Source: Sphagnum compactum
Lineage: Eukaryota
Direction of reading: 5' to 3'
Assembly: GCA_965153455.1 (NCBI GenBank)
Contig: OZ234494.1
Span: 12,772,001-12,836,000 of the forward strand
DNA: 64,000 nucleotides
Of the stretch, positions 26,068 to 39,163 are shown piece by piece. The translations under genes and the position numbers were made by a program. The stretch's first letter is position 1. The number at the start of each line of letters is the position of its first letter. The notes beneath the pieces are model-generated. The model worked only from the letters and a program-made list of their open reading frames with translations, was not told the DNA's origin and made no database searches.

Positions 26068-28547
26068 CAGCGTGGAAATGTGTATCCAATGCAGAAGTGT
26101 TTAATTTCCAACATCTAAAGTAAAGCCCTAGAGGTAAATGTGAGATTTTGTTGAAAGTTGTTGCCAAGCATGCTTGCTATATATGGGCTTGCTTAAAGGC
26201 ATGTTGTTATGGAGTTCTATAAATCCTAAAGCTACTTGCAAACTAATATCCAAAGTAATAAGCTATTACTACTTGCAAGGGCATCTATTTTGGCTACATA
26301 TTTCGTAATCTTGTCTTCAACTCTGATCCTATTTGTCAACTTTGCAAGTGGTGGAAGAGTGTCTCTTGTTTGATCTGTCATGAGACAAGGATGATTTGGA
26401 AAAGGGCCTTTCTTTGGTTCGGTTTTTTGGGTTTGAAAAGCATGGATGGTCTTTAATTTGAGTTGCAATTTCTAACTTGAATTAATTTTGCAAGACATTA
26501 GAGTCTTGCATTCTTTGCTTACCTGGCATTTTGTTTGAATTTTCTTTTGTACTTCTGTTTTTGTAACAATATAAGTTTCTTAAATGTGGATCCTGTGAAT
26601 ATTGTCTATATTGTACCTGTTGAGTTCTTTGATGTTGTGTCTTTAAACTATTAGAAAATCAGAATGCATGTTGTTGACCTTCACTCACAATCACAACTAA
26701 TGAAATCAATTGGGCTGTTATTAGCCATCACCACGCATGTGACTCTTGTGGTCACAGATCATGCATGTGACCATAGCTATTACTCACATTGATTTGTATC
26801 ATTCTCTAGTGTTGGCCTAGTAAGCTTGTGCAACTTTAACATTTGTTCTATTGAGTTCTTTTATTAACTACGTCTCTTGAGTGATATCCAACACAAGATT
26901 GAACTTTGCTTTGGGTAGATGAGGTCATAGTTATGGTGGCGAGTCAAGGTCTAGTACTTTGTGATTGACACAAGGATATGTACGAAGTTATTCTTGCGTT
27001 TGGTTTACCTAGAACTAACACAAATTTAATTGTAGGTGGTCTGCAATCCTTAGTACTTCTTAAGATATTTATAGCAAGTAGATCATTAATCCCATATACT
27101 TGAATTTTTGCAACCTCAACTCCATCCTTGACTTCTGTTGCAAGTTTGATTCAAGTTGGGGTCAATGCATCATGACCGATATTTTATGAAGTTTGCCAAG
27201 ACAACCAAAGTAAACTGTAATGTAAAGCCCTTGGGTAGGGGCATCCTCAAAATAAGGGGCCTACATCAGGTTCTCAGTGAGTCTAGCCCCACATTTTGGG
27301 AATATCCCCCACTTGTGGGCTCTACTCATCATAAAGCCAGAGGCAAAAGATATCATGAACCTAAACATACATACACCACAGTGCATAGGAGGGGGAAGGC
27401 TCTTTCACCTACTCCTTAAGAGTGGTTGGATCTTACACTTGTAAGTAGGAATAATTTCCCTCCCACTTGTAAGGAGTAGGCATAATATCCCTCCTCTTTT
27501 CTAGGAAGGATATTCATAGATATAAGGCACCTCAAAATACATTTAGGAATTTTCTCCAAGTGCTTTATGTACAATAATGCCTCTTGAGAAAGAGTCGCAT
27601 CACTACCAGCAAACAAAAAGTAAAACAAATAGAATGAGTGCAATTATAACCATATCAACTTCTTGAGAATATAAGAGATCCCATCTTCAAAGGATGCATT
27701 ATCATGGAACCATTAAGCACAATCACAACAAGAAGTACAATACATCTTAAGTCTGACTGAGTGTTGCACACACCTTGAGGTTACAAGGGCCTTGTGGAGT
27801 TGGATACCACCACAATAGGTGCAATGCACGGGCCCCTTCCCCTAGGACCTGAAAGCTCCGCCATTGCAACACTTTAGATGGCCAATTTACCCAGTGACCC
27901 AACTACAGCTGTGTTGAGTCTAATGGGAAACACTGAAACCCTAGTTGTGTATTGAAACATGACCAAGTGCAAGGTAACCATGAGTTCAAGCCAATAGGCA
28001 ATGAGCTTGAAGCTGGTAACATCAATCCACAAGCATCCTATACTTGAGTTGAAAGACAACACCAGGTTATGTAGTCTTATAATCATCAGGTGTGTATATC
28101 TGTATGGCCATTATCGAATTTATCACTTCCTTCAACCATGTCTACCTGTCAATGCATCGTATTCCTATTCTTCTAGGTCCCAAGACCAAAAATTAATCTG
28201 TGTACAAGCCAGTAAAACTTTGAACAGAAGATGCAGCATGTGAAAGATGTGTAAATGAAAGAGTTGAAAGAACACAAAAGACAAACATAGTTAAATAATA
28301 ACGAAAAGCACCCACCTCATACATAAATCTCTTGTCCGAAGGATTGCCAGGCATCCAATTGAAGTCTTGGCAATCCAGACGAGTTATAAAAACCAACAAA
28401 AAACTTGCTCAGAAGAAATACCATTTCACTTCCCCAACACTCCAAACCCTTCTTTTGGCTCAACATGCTGGTCCCTGGTAGTTGCATGGATCTAGAGGCC
28501 TAGAATGATTACGAGTGCAATTCTGTGCTGGCATAGTAGCTGAACTG

Positions 28548-30706
28548 CTAAGATTGCACCTCTTCATCGTCAGAACTCTCCACTCTTGAAATTTGATACA
28601 CTGCCAAATGTGAATCACCTGAAGAGAAACATGAAAGTTTGAGTTATACTGGTGGATGCACAGTGAGATTGATCTACTGTAAGCTCCAACATTCTGTTTC
28701 TTTCTTTCTAAAAACTGTTAGCAATCTCCCAACCTTTCTTTGATGAAGGCAGATAACTTCATGCGAGGATTTTCTATGATAAATGATGGTGCCCCAAAAC
28801 TGCCATCATGAATCTCAATGTCAAGCATTCATAGTTCAATAAAAAATAGAAGTTGAGACTGGACCCTGACTGTCCTGTGTCTGTCAGCTTTAAAATTTAC
28901 ACTTTTGACCAAGGTGGAACCATAAAGACAGAGTGATACATCAAATTGCAAGAAAGAACCCTAGGGATAGTGTTCCTGAACATCAAGGGCGTATTTCAGG
29001 TGAGACTTTGGGTTTACAACATCATGGCTGCTCATTCAGTGCCTTGCCTGTCCGGGATGACAACTATGCTTCTAGTAAGCACTTGAGATTAATACTAACC
29101 AAAAGTAACATTGCTTCCGGGTGACACAAGAGTCACAGCTCCAGGCCTGATTTGCTTGTTATCTACGTACGTGCCATTTGTGCTGTCAAGGTCTGTTACA
29201 TACAGTTGTCCATCCCTTTTCTCCAATCGAGCATGAAGGCCAGACACTGAAACATACAGTACACAAGTGCTGAGAATCAGTCTGTAGCTCAACCAGTATC
29301 TTGATGCTTTCTCTGCAGCACACTGATCCTCCACAAAGAAAAAACAGAACCTAAACTAACTACTGTACTAATAGAAGTAAGAAAGCCAAATTGTGACTAA
29401 GCCAGAATAATGATTCACAAAGGTCTTATGTGCATGCATACTTTTTAATGGCAAGCCTTGATAGGAGGATATAAATGCCTCGTAATCAAGCATTTTAGGT
29501 CAGTGTTAGATCCCACAGAGAGGCTTTAAAAGTTCTTCAACATTTGGACGTTGAATGTTGAACTTCTTGTACAAGTAAGCTGCTCCCACATTAGGTCCTG
29601 CACAGGATGCCTCATAGACAAAGCAAATGATTCTTACCTGTTGCAACTGGAATAACAATATCAGCTTTTTCAGCCACACGTCCCACAGTGGCAGCATCCT
29701 GCAGAAGAAAAGAGTGAACAATTGAGCATAAAACAGAGATACCATCAGCAATCTCCATACTCCAACTGGTTTGTGAAATTGAATACACTATATTGACTGT
29801 GAGTGACAGGCTCATATGCCCTAAACAGAGCTCTGCCAGCACTTAGATTGATCACTAAGCATTTCCTCCTGGTACCATAGGATAAACCTCCAACTCCAGA
29901 TGTGATGAGTAATTTCTGAACTCAAAGTTCCTCAATGTGCCACAAAGCAAGGTACCAGAACTCACTGGAACTAATTCAAAGGACTCAGGCATAGGCACAG
30001 GTTCATCAAGATGGCTTGTATCCCCATCGCCTGCACACAAAAAAAACCACATCAGCTTCCCAAAACATCTGAATAGACCACAAAATCGTTCTTGATACTC
30101 CCATCACAGAAACATGCATCCTGTGGTAAAATGCTGCTCTTCATCCTTTTCTGCTTGTTGATCAAAACAAGCAGAAAACAGGAATACTATGTGAAATCAT
30201 GGATCATCCCTTCCTTCTTCATATCAATATTCCTAAAAGTCTTGACTCTCAGTGTACCACAATGTTGAAGACATATATCTCTGACCTTCAATTCCCTGAT
30301 AGCTTCCTTTCCTACATCGCAATTCCCGTCAACATGAATCCTAAATTGCAGTGACTTTGCTGAAGCGCGAGTATAGCAGAGATTCTAGCAAAACTCACAC
30401 CAACTCACCGACAGGATCGAGAATCCATCTGACGCTCTTTTCGGAGGCTTGCAAAGCCGATATCCGAAGCCCGGCTAGCTGCCGCAAGGGTTTCCCCAAA
30501 GAAGGTACATGCTTGGTGCCGAGCCTGTCGATTGCCGCAGACCTCCGGATGCGGACAACAGAACCAGAACCCGAACCAGCAGAAGGCGCAGCACCAGCAA
30601 CAGCAGAGGATCTTCTGGTAGCCGCAACCTCAATCACGGGCGAACGCGGCACGACAACAAGAGAAACAGAAAGCTGGGCAGCAGGCCCAGCCACAAATGT
30701 GTGCAT
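28548..30706 (-). CDS. SMAD/FHA-domain protein with a predicted plastid transit peptide. Exons 30706-30409, 30030-29966, 29698-29638, 29246-29100, 28618-28548
   Basis: FHA signature TVGR...ADIVIPVATVSGLHARL...VTDLDSTNGTYVD...VTFGD, preceded by WILDPVGDGDTSHL. The N-terminus is Ala/Ser/Arg-rich. GT-AG introns are phase-consistent. Confidence 0.92.
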
Positions 30707-33023
30707 GATTTTACAAAACTAGAAAAATAAACTCAACGCTTATCTTTCTTCTTGACGCTCGTTTTCGATCTTTCTCTCTCTCTCTCTCGCTGCGCACAAC
30801 ACGGTACGCAGAAGCACAACGTGAGAAGAGAACGAAGAGAAACAAGGAGGGCAAGAGCGCGAGGAGCAGCACCAGTAAACACGCCCGGTGATCGTAACAA
30901 CAGAAAAAAAAACAAACGAGAAACGGCTCCAGGAGCAGCAACAGTTGTATCGACCTGAGAGTGGACGCTCAACGTGCTCTCTTGGATTGAATTTTCGACG
31001 GTTGGATGTCCTTTAATTTACCTAATGTAGGTTTTATGACAAGAGCAAGGAGTATTTTTAATTTTAAAAAACACCCGAAATGATGACACATGTCGGCAGG
31101 ATGATGCTCTATTCTATACTATAATGTCAGGCTCTATTCTATCCTGTAATGTCAGGTTCTCTGTCCGGTGATAGGTTTTGACTTCGTGGAATGTACTAAA
31201 TGTGAGATGGAATCGCAATTGGGAGTTGGGGAGCGTGAAAAGTGGTCGCAATATCGAACCAGCCAAATAGAAACTTGCCAGCTGTTCTGGAAGATGACAG
31301 GAGTGGCTCCCACCACACCCACCCCGACCAAACTCCCCTTCACCCCTTTCGGAGTCCCAGTGTGTTTTTTCCTTCTGCCTTCAACCTCAAAGAATGAAAA
31401 GGAACAACAATTTGTACCACAAAACTCCCTTTTTTTCGGTGTGCAAAATCTGCCAAATATCAATTCTTTTAATTCTAAAAAATCACTAGATTCTATGAAG
31501 AAGTTCTCGCACATAGCCAGAAATCTGATACATCAACCCTTCATAATCTTCACTCTTAATCCATATCTGACTTGATCAAAACCCGTAACAGCTTCTTGAT
31601 GTCAATCCTCCATGTTCATCACTCTTAATCCATATCTGACTTGATCCAAACTCATAATAGCTCCTTTCATGTGGCATCCAATCAGAATCCTGAGTATCAA
31701 AAGCTTCTGCCCTAGAGCTTATACTGTACACTTTTCTCCTTCAATTGCCCCAATCTCCCCTTCTACTTCACTGATGTGATAGACTTGCTAGCCACTCTCC
31801 TTTCTTGTCCTCACACCCTTCTTGTCTTCCTGTTCATCTAGTTGCATGAACAGTGAAGTATCTCCCTGCCACCAAACTGATGATGTGACTCATAAACCAC
31901 CGCCTCCAAAAATTGAATTGAGACATGCTCAAACCTTAGGATTCCAATCAAAAATTGCAACTTCCAGAAACTTCTCCTAGTTACAAGGCTAACACAAGCT
32001 GCCTTGTTAGAAGGTATTCAGTAAAAAAAGCAACTAAGCTAAACATCATGGTTAGCTAGGGAAGTGGAACCCAACAGAAAACTGTTTGCTGAGCACTCAC
32101 CATCCAACCTTAATGATGCATTGGTTGGTGCTGGTTCACTTTGGCCCATAGATTAGGCGTCTGAAATGCTCATATTACAACAGAAGCCATTCAGATTTAC
32201 AGTTCTCAATACTGGATCTTACAGAGACCTCATAGGCACACAGCTTTTCTCTCATCAGCAATCCAAATGCTTGTTTTTCTGCTTGTTTTTTTAGAGCAGG
32301 TGACTATTGGGGATGTTTCGTTCTGTGTCTTGAAACACACTATCATCTCCATGACACAAAGGACCAGGTTCAATCCATTTGCACCAGATAAGCAAAACTA
32401 GATAAAACAACACTCATAATATCAAAACTGCAGATAAATCTCCACATCACAATGAGTGCAGTCATGGTCTTATGAGAGTCACTCACAAAAGTATCAAAAC
32501 AACACCTACTTTCAGGATGAACCGCCATGACCAGCCACTGACTTCAGCTTCTGAGTCCCAACAGTGGGTATAAATGAGTATACTAATCAGCCCATAATCT
32601 GGGCAAACCATTATACAAAATCTGCATCCAGAGTTTCTGTTGCATTTCCAGAAGCAATAGGAGGACCCAGCCACAATGTTGGCTAGCACATAAGAGACAT
32701 AGTTAATTAAAAAGTCATTTCAGATCAACACTTACTGAAATCAACATCATCATTTCAAGGCAACTCCTTCTGGGAATGGTCAAACAATGTGAAGTATAGA
32801 AACACAATCCAAGAACAATTGCTTCAAGAATCTCCTGTTACAACACTTGAGAGTTGCAATTTCAAGACATCACCTTTCTGGAGAGGTCGAAGAATGTGAG
32901 GGATACATAATTCAATTCAAGTGGAATTGATTAAAGAATGTCCTACTTAGAAACAAACCAATTTGGAGGCCAGGCAATTGTCTCCAGGTTTTATTGATTA
33001 CCGCCTCTAAAGACTCCACATGC

Positions 33024-35587
33024 TTATAAAAGCTCTCGCAGAGTTCGGTATGCATCACCAATACGTTTGAAGTTCTTTTCAGCCAAGCTCTGCAAATTCA
33101 AACCCCATATCAGCTGTTGGAATCTGTTGGAGCATATACCAAGAGGACTTGTGCTTCGGGTCCAGAAACAAGTGAAAGCAATTGGAAGTCCTGGGGATAA
33201 CACCATACCTTCTGCTCGCCATGATGACGATCTGGATGCCACCTCAGTGCACACTGACGAAATCTGCTAGTGCCAAATTGATAAACCAGTTAATAAAGCA
33301 CACCTTCTGTGTACAGAAAATTGTAATGGTTTCTTTCTTAGGACGTAATCCTCTTTCAACAGAATGTTAAATTGCAAATCCAAGATAAAGAACATCTTTG
33401 CCAATAGAAAACACAACACTAGAAGCAAACAAATGTAAATAGGGCTTGCATGAGCGATAAGAATAACTTACGCAAGTTTGACATCATTCAATGTCAAGGG
33501 ACCCACAGGTGACAGCCCAAGGGCAACTCGATCTGCTGCTGCACCTACACTCTCACTAACCCATCCACTGTCTGCTGAACATCTTCCTGCAGTTTCTCCA
33601 GATTGCCAATGTGCACCCCCAAAGCTTCCAGAATGAGCTGACTGGTTGCATTTGGTTGCTTTGGCTTTCCAGTATGCATCCCCAGATCCCCCAAACGCCC
33701 ACCATGTTTCCTCCGGATCCTGTTCATAAAACTTGGAGTTTGCTTCCTGGTGCTTTTCTCCTTGCCTTCCTGAGATGTGCCAATGATAAAAACCTCTCTT
33801 AGCAATACAACATCTAGTATGCAAAATGACATTACCAGGTGCCGTGCCCTATCAGCAATTCAATACAGATAGTTACAGCCATTATGAGACCCATAGTCAC
33901 CATACTTGGTCACAAACTGTTGTTACTGGTTTTGAAGATAGGACCTTTTAACTGTAAAGTTGACCCCAATATGAAAAATTAGTACAAAAATTGCAGAGAA
34001 ATCTCCACAACGACAATTGAAACGTAACACGGCAACGAGTGGAGTCACAACCTTATGAGAGTCATTCACAAAGTGTCAGACCATCAACTTCATCATCAAT
34101 AGCAGTGACAAGCTGCTGTGACTACCCACTGAATTCATCTGCTCCTGATGGTGGGCATAGCATACAATAACCAGCCAAAACCTGGGCAAACCATTATAGA
34201 AAGTCTAGGTCCTCAGTTTCTGTCACATTTCCGGAATATGACAACCACGTAGCTGATTACGAATCCTTGCCTCTAACCCAAGACTTTACAGCAAATAGAT
34301 AATCTAAAAGCAGTTGAGACATACATTGTCCCCTTGTGATAGATAGAAAATGATTGGTTCTATGAGCATATGACTCAGCGCCACAGTAATTCATTCTAGT
34401 CAACACTTTGGTAGAAGGACAGTGCAACATGCAAAGACAACTGATGCCAGGTCCCAGTATTTTCTGCAAATGTACAATTCTAATCCTCCTAAACAGGGAA
34501 GGACGTTCATATGAGGAGGAGGACTCTAAATCCATGCCTTTCTGTTTCTTTTGGAAGAATTGCCACTCTTTTTCGAAGCGGCGTGACCAGCCAAATTTCG
34601 AGGCATGTGGACTTGGTGAACTGGCCTCCCCTTGCTGCTTCCTCCTTTCTTGCACCTGCCTCAAATGACAGTGAAAAGCAAACTATATACTCTCAGTTGT
34701 GTACATATCCTAAAATACCAAAAAGAGTAAATTCCTTGACAATTCCAGAACTTGTCGTGTTCTTCAGGTTTGCACTACTTCAATTGTAAAAAGTAGCACT
34801 CTTGATCTGATGCTTGAACCGCTGGCCTACAGAAGCTGTCATTTGACCCAGATCACAACCATGATGCAAGCCCACGACTCACTTTGCAAACTCCTGCAGC
34901 ACTGCAAATCAATATCTGCAGTGTTCAGATCTCAACAATAGTAGAATTAGAAAATACGTCAAAATCACCTCTCGGTAGTCATCAGCATGCATCTCCAGAG
35001 AACGCCATTCCAGCAGCGTCCGCTTCTCAGCTGCTCGTTTCTGCCGTTTGACGTATATTCTGTGTCGCTGCAGACAGAAAATCACTGAAGATTAAAAAAA
35101 CTCTACCATGCTGACCAAATCCCTCACCTCATTATTCTAATCACCAACGCTCAAAAGATGGTCATCGGGGTGAGCAAAAGTAAGAGATTGACGAAGAATA
35201 CCTTTCGGCAGGAATCTGCGTCCATATGTCCATACGAATTCTGCATCAAATGACGCATGCCGGAAATGCCTCAGTTAACTGCACACTGTCTTTGACACTC
35301 CTTTGATCTCTCTCTTTTTCTTCCACTTCATCAACTCACTGCTTCCACAAACATCGTCGATCATTCGGCTCTTTCTACCATCTCAATACGAGTAATAACA
35401 AGGAACCAAGAATTGCAAAGCAGGAATGTCTTTGAGAGGCAGCAGAAAAAAAAAGGCATACCGATTTCCATTTGTTGTCCCATTTCTCATTGCAAGGAGA
35501 GTTGCCGTGCAGGAACGCTGCTCTCACTCCAATAGCCGGCAGTAACGATGGTCCTCCCATACGGCTTACTACCACGGCAAACGCCAT
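33024..35587 (-). CDS. DnaJ-family protein with a C-terminal J domain, possibly organelle-targeted. Exons ~35587/35560-35462, 35240-35202, 35067-34969, 34655-~34538 (3' end uncertain), 33769-33472, 33263-33209, 33089-33024
   Basis: The spliced C-terminus DRVALGLSPVGPLTLNDVKLAFRQCALRWHPDRHHGEQKSLAEKNFKRIGDAYRTL is a J domain with an intact HPD motif. The upstream exon RHRIYVKRQKRAAEKR is flanked by canonical splice sites. Confidence 0.85.
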
Positions 35588-35940
35588 CGATGCTTGGAAC
35601 TCCTCACCTTCCTTCTATACCTCTTCGACCAAGCCCCAATTGTGACAGGAAAGACAAACTATCTACAGATTTCCATCACCATGCCATAGCCCCTTCCCTC
35701 CTCACGTCAAATGCTGTTAACCGACAATGCTTCCGTTTCTTCTTCTTGCAATGCTTCTTCTGCAATTCTCCACTTCTCCTCCCAGTTCGAAGACAGATTC
35801 CGAGCATCACCATGCTTGCAAATCCTCTACACGTTTCTTCATATTCCGCTTGCACGTCACTCCAACAACAGACACTGTCTTCCTGTTCTTCTTCTTCTTC
35901 GGAGCTTTGACAAGTCATGTCATTACAGATCAGGCATACG

Positions 35941-36595
35941 AAATTAGGGTTTCACTGAATTAGGGTAGCACGTAAGTAGGGTTTCAACGGGCAACATGTA
36001 ACGTCGCTCCGACAACAAACACTCTCTTCTTCGTCGGAGGTTTGATACGTTCGGTCATTGCAGCTCAGGCTTCCAAAATTAGGGTTTCACTGAATTAGGG
36101 TTACACATAATTAGGTGTAGGGTAATGGTCAAAGATGAAGGAAGGCATCAGCCTACCAGAACAAGGAGGGGGTGTGTCACACTGTGGCCTTGCCATTTAC
36201 ATTAATTTAAAAAGTATCTTAAGGCAAAAGAAGAATTATGGAAACTCAAATATTTTCACCATGCAAAAATATAATCTTCAAAAAATCCTCTTAAAGAAAT
36301 CAAAATCCTTCAACATATTTATAACTTTATAACTAATCTCAAGTTTCAACACAAGCCAAAATATCATCTTTCAAAAATCCTCATATAAAAATAGACCTTT
36401 TATTACCTAGGGGCCAAAATCCCTTAAGCTATTATACTCTATAATGAATCTAAATACAATATCCTTGCCTCGGTAGGCAAGGCCAACAAAGGGGCTCTTG
36501 CAAGGTAGTATCATCATACATCAAGCTTCCCAAATTAAGGTTTCACTTAATTAGGATTACATGTAATTAGGTGTAGGGTAATGCCTAAAGATGAG
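35941..36595 (-). promoter_or_regulatory. Telo-box-containing short repeats upstream of the J-domain gene
   Basis: AAATTAGGGTTTCACTGAATTAGGG at 35941 and 36077 contains AAACCCTAA on the minus strand. A decayed third copy lies at ~36532. Confidence 0.45.
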
Positions 36596-39163
36596 GATGT
36601 TACTCAACATAAAGTAACTGCCAAAATAATCTTTACAAAATGATGCAACAAGAAAAAATAAGATTGTTGACATTGGACACAAGTACATTCTCTAGTTTTC
36701 CATTAACATTCCAATAATTTGATGTCATTAAGGAAAAAAACTTGTTGTAGTTTAACATTTAATTATGTTGACAAAAAAAAACTAGCAACATCAACACCAT
36801 GCACCTATTGTACACATCACCTATCACTTGCTTGATTCATATAATTTATTCTTGACTTGTATCATTTATTCCAAAAGCCCATTATTCTTACTCTTGTTTG
36901 CCAAGCCCTTAAGGAATGGTGACACTTATGTTGGCTTAGTGTGTCCATACAATGTTTATAATAATAAGTGTTCTTTTGTCAACTTGTTCACACCCTCCAA
37001 TTATGTACATGATATGGGATCATGGACTAATTGTGGTCTATAGGTTAAATTGTAAGTTCCATGTATTTCAAAAGCACTCGTATTTTACTTCAACAAGGCC
37101 ATTTCAACCTCCTAACCCCTTTATACACCTTTCCCTAGCCTAATTATACATGCATGTTAAGTTATCCTTCTAGTTTTCTCTTGGTAAAGTTATTAGACAC
37201 TAGTCTAGATCCATTGAGGGTGGGTACCTATCCTATTCAAGGACATTATTTTAATTTGCCCCACCTTTTAAAGTGTAGGCCTTTAATCTTGGACTTTGTG
37301 GTGAGTTCCACAAATTATGGTTCTTAACATAAACATCTTTAAATATATTATAAGATTCATGATCCCATGACCATTAATAATAAGTCACATAATACCATTT
37401 TTTAAAGGTAAAAAGTTTCAGGGCTATCCCCACATGAAGCTTTGAACTAACATCTATTCTTAATTGAATTAATGTAAATACATGGTGTCTAAGGTAGTTA
37501 GAAAGGCAAAAGCCCATGTCTCACCCCATGACGCTCAACTTCAAAAAAGACGAGCCTCTCAACAAAATCACAAAACCTATAGGACAATTGTCCTACAAAT
37601 AAAGTAACCTATTCACTATGGTCATCCATGGAAAAAAAAATCTCATCGTGAATGCCATGTATCCCAAGGGATGGTGCACCATGAATGACATACCCAATAA
37701 CCTATGGTGTGCACAATTAACATGAACACATAAAATTATGACAACAACTACAAAGATCAAGATGAAAGACTTAAAACTCGGTCAACCAACTTCAATTGAT
37801 GTCATTTGCAATTAGGACTTTAAGATACGATATCATTCACGTTGATAACCATTACACACCATGGAACAAGCCCAAAAAGGCCCATTCCACTTGGAAACAT
37901 TATGAGCTTGTAGGACAAGTTCTCATTTAGTTTGGTGATAGTGAATTAAACCATGGAAAGTTCACCATGTTCCAAATTGTAATTGGTTGTTGCCATTATG
38001 GATTCACCAAATGCACACATCCTTCACCGTTCGTGATTTCTAAAAATCAATTGAGTAAAGTGAAAATAACTTGTTGTTGCCTATCCTAATTAAGAAGTCA
38101 ATTGAAAAAATGTCAAACCGCAAGTAGTTAGGTCTACTAAAACCCAACCCTTCGTAAAGCTATATAACTATTCAATTCAACTACATAATACATATGATGA
38201 CATATACCAATAAAAGTTTCTACTATCCAATGGTTATAGACATACATGTCCTTTGTCCACATCTAAATGATTTGTAATTGAATGTATTTAATCCCCACCC
38301 TTCATTACTTTCCACCATTATGCATTGTGATTTTGTAGGAAAAAAAAAACTAATAGTAAGAACCCTAGGTCTCCCTTGGAGAGTTGATCAACACTATCCC
38401 TATCGTAGGGATATATGAAAGGAATTGGAATTTCCATCATCTAAAAATCACAATCCTATAAGCAATGGATAATTTGTCTATATTGCAAAAGGACATTTTA
38501 TCATGGAGAAGGATAATGTCAATCAAATGGTCTTGATAGAGATTTCAAATTTCATAACATGGAACATTTTGAGAAGCTGATTTTTTTCTTCAATCAAATG
38601 GGACAAAGTATTTAATGGGAGACAAAGCGGGAGAAGACAATCCTTGGAAAGGTAAAACATGTTAGCAATTTAGAGAAAACCGTGGAGGAGAGGAGGACCA
38701 ACAAAAAGGGAAGTCTATGGACGGTCTACATCCATCATACATGCATAAACTATAGACCAAACAAATTGGGCTTTTAACACCGGCACTTGCATTGCACCAC
38801 ATGAATTCTTTTGATATACAAACAGATATGTATAACCCAAACAAATTGAGATTTTCAATCCTACTCTATTGGCATCCCATAAATGTCAATCAATCTTCAT
38901 CACACATGGTCATGAAATTTTTGATCCAAGGGATACTATACAGGGGTACAACTACAGGCAGTGTCCGGAGCTTTAGAGGAACACAAATCGTTATTGGCCT
39001 CTACGGGGAGTCAGGACCACTTTTTTGTTCATGGGACCATCTTTCTTTCATCTCTTCAACTTGAATCAATGACCCCAAGAAAAAGAACTTGAGAAACAAA
39101 GGGTCCTCAGACATTTGCAGAAGCTTGGGACAAAGATGACACCAAATTGGAGCTTGCAATAAG

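Noticed and set aside
26900-27860. Possible retroelement fragments
   Set aside because: The sequence looks repeat-like, but I could not identify termini or coding motifs.
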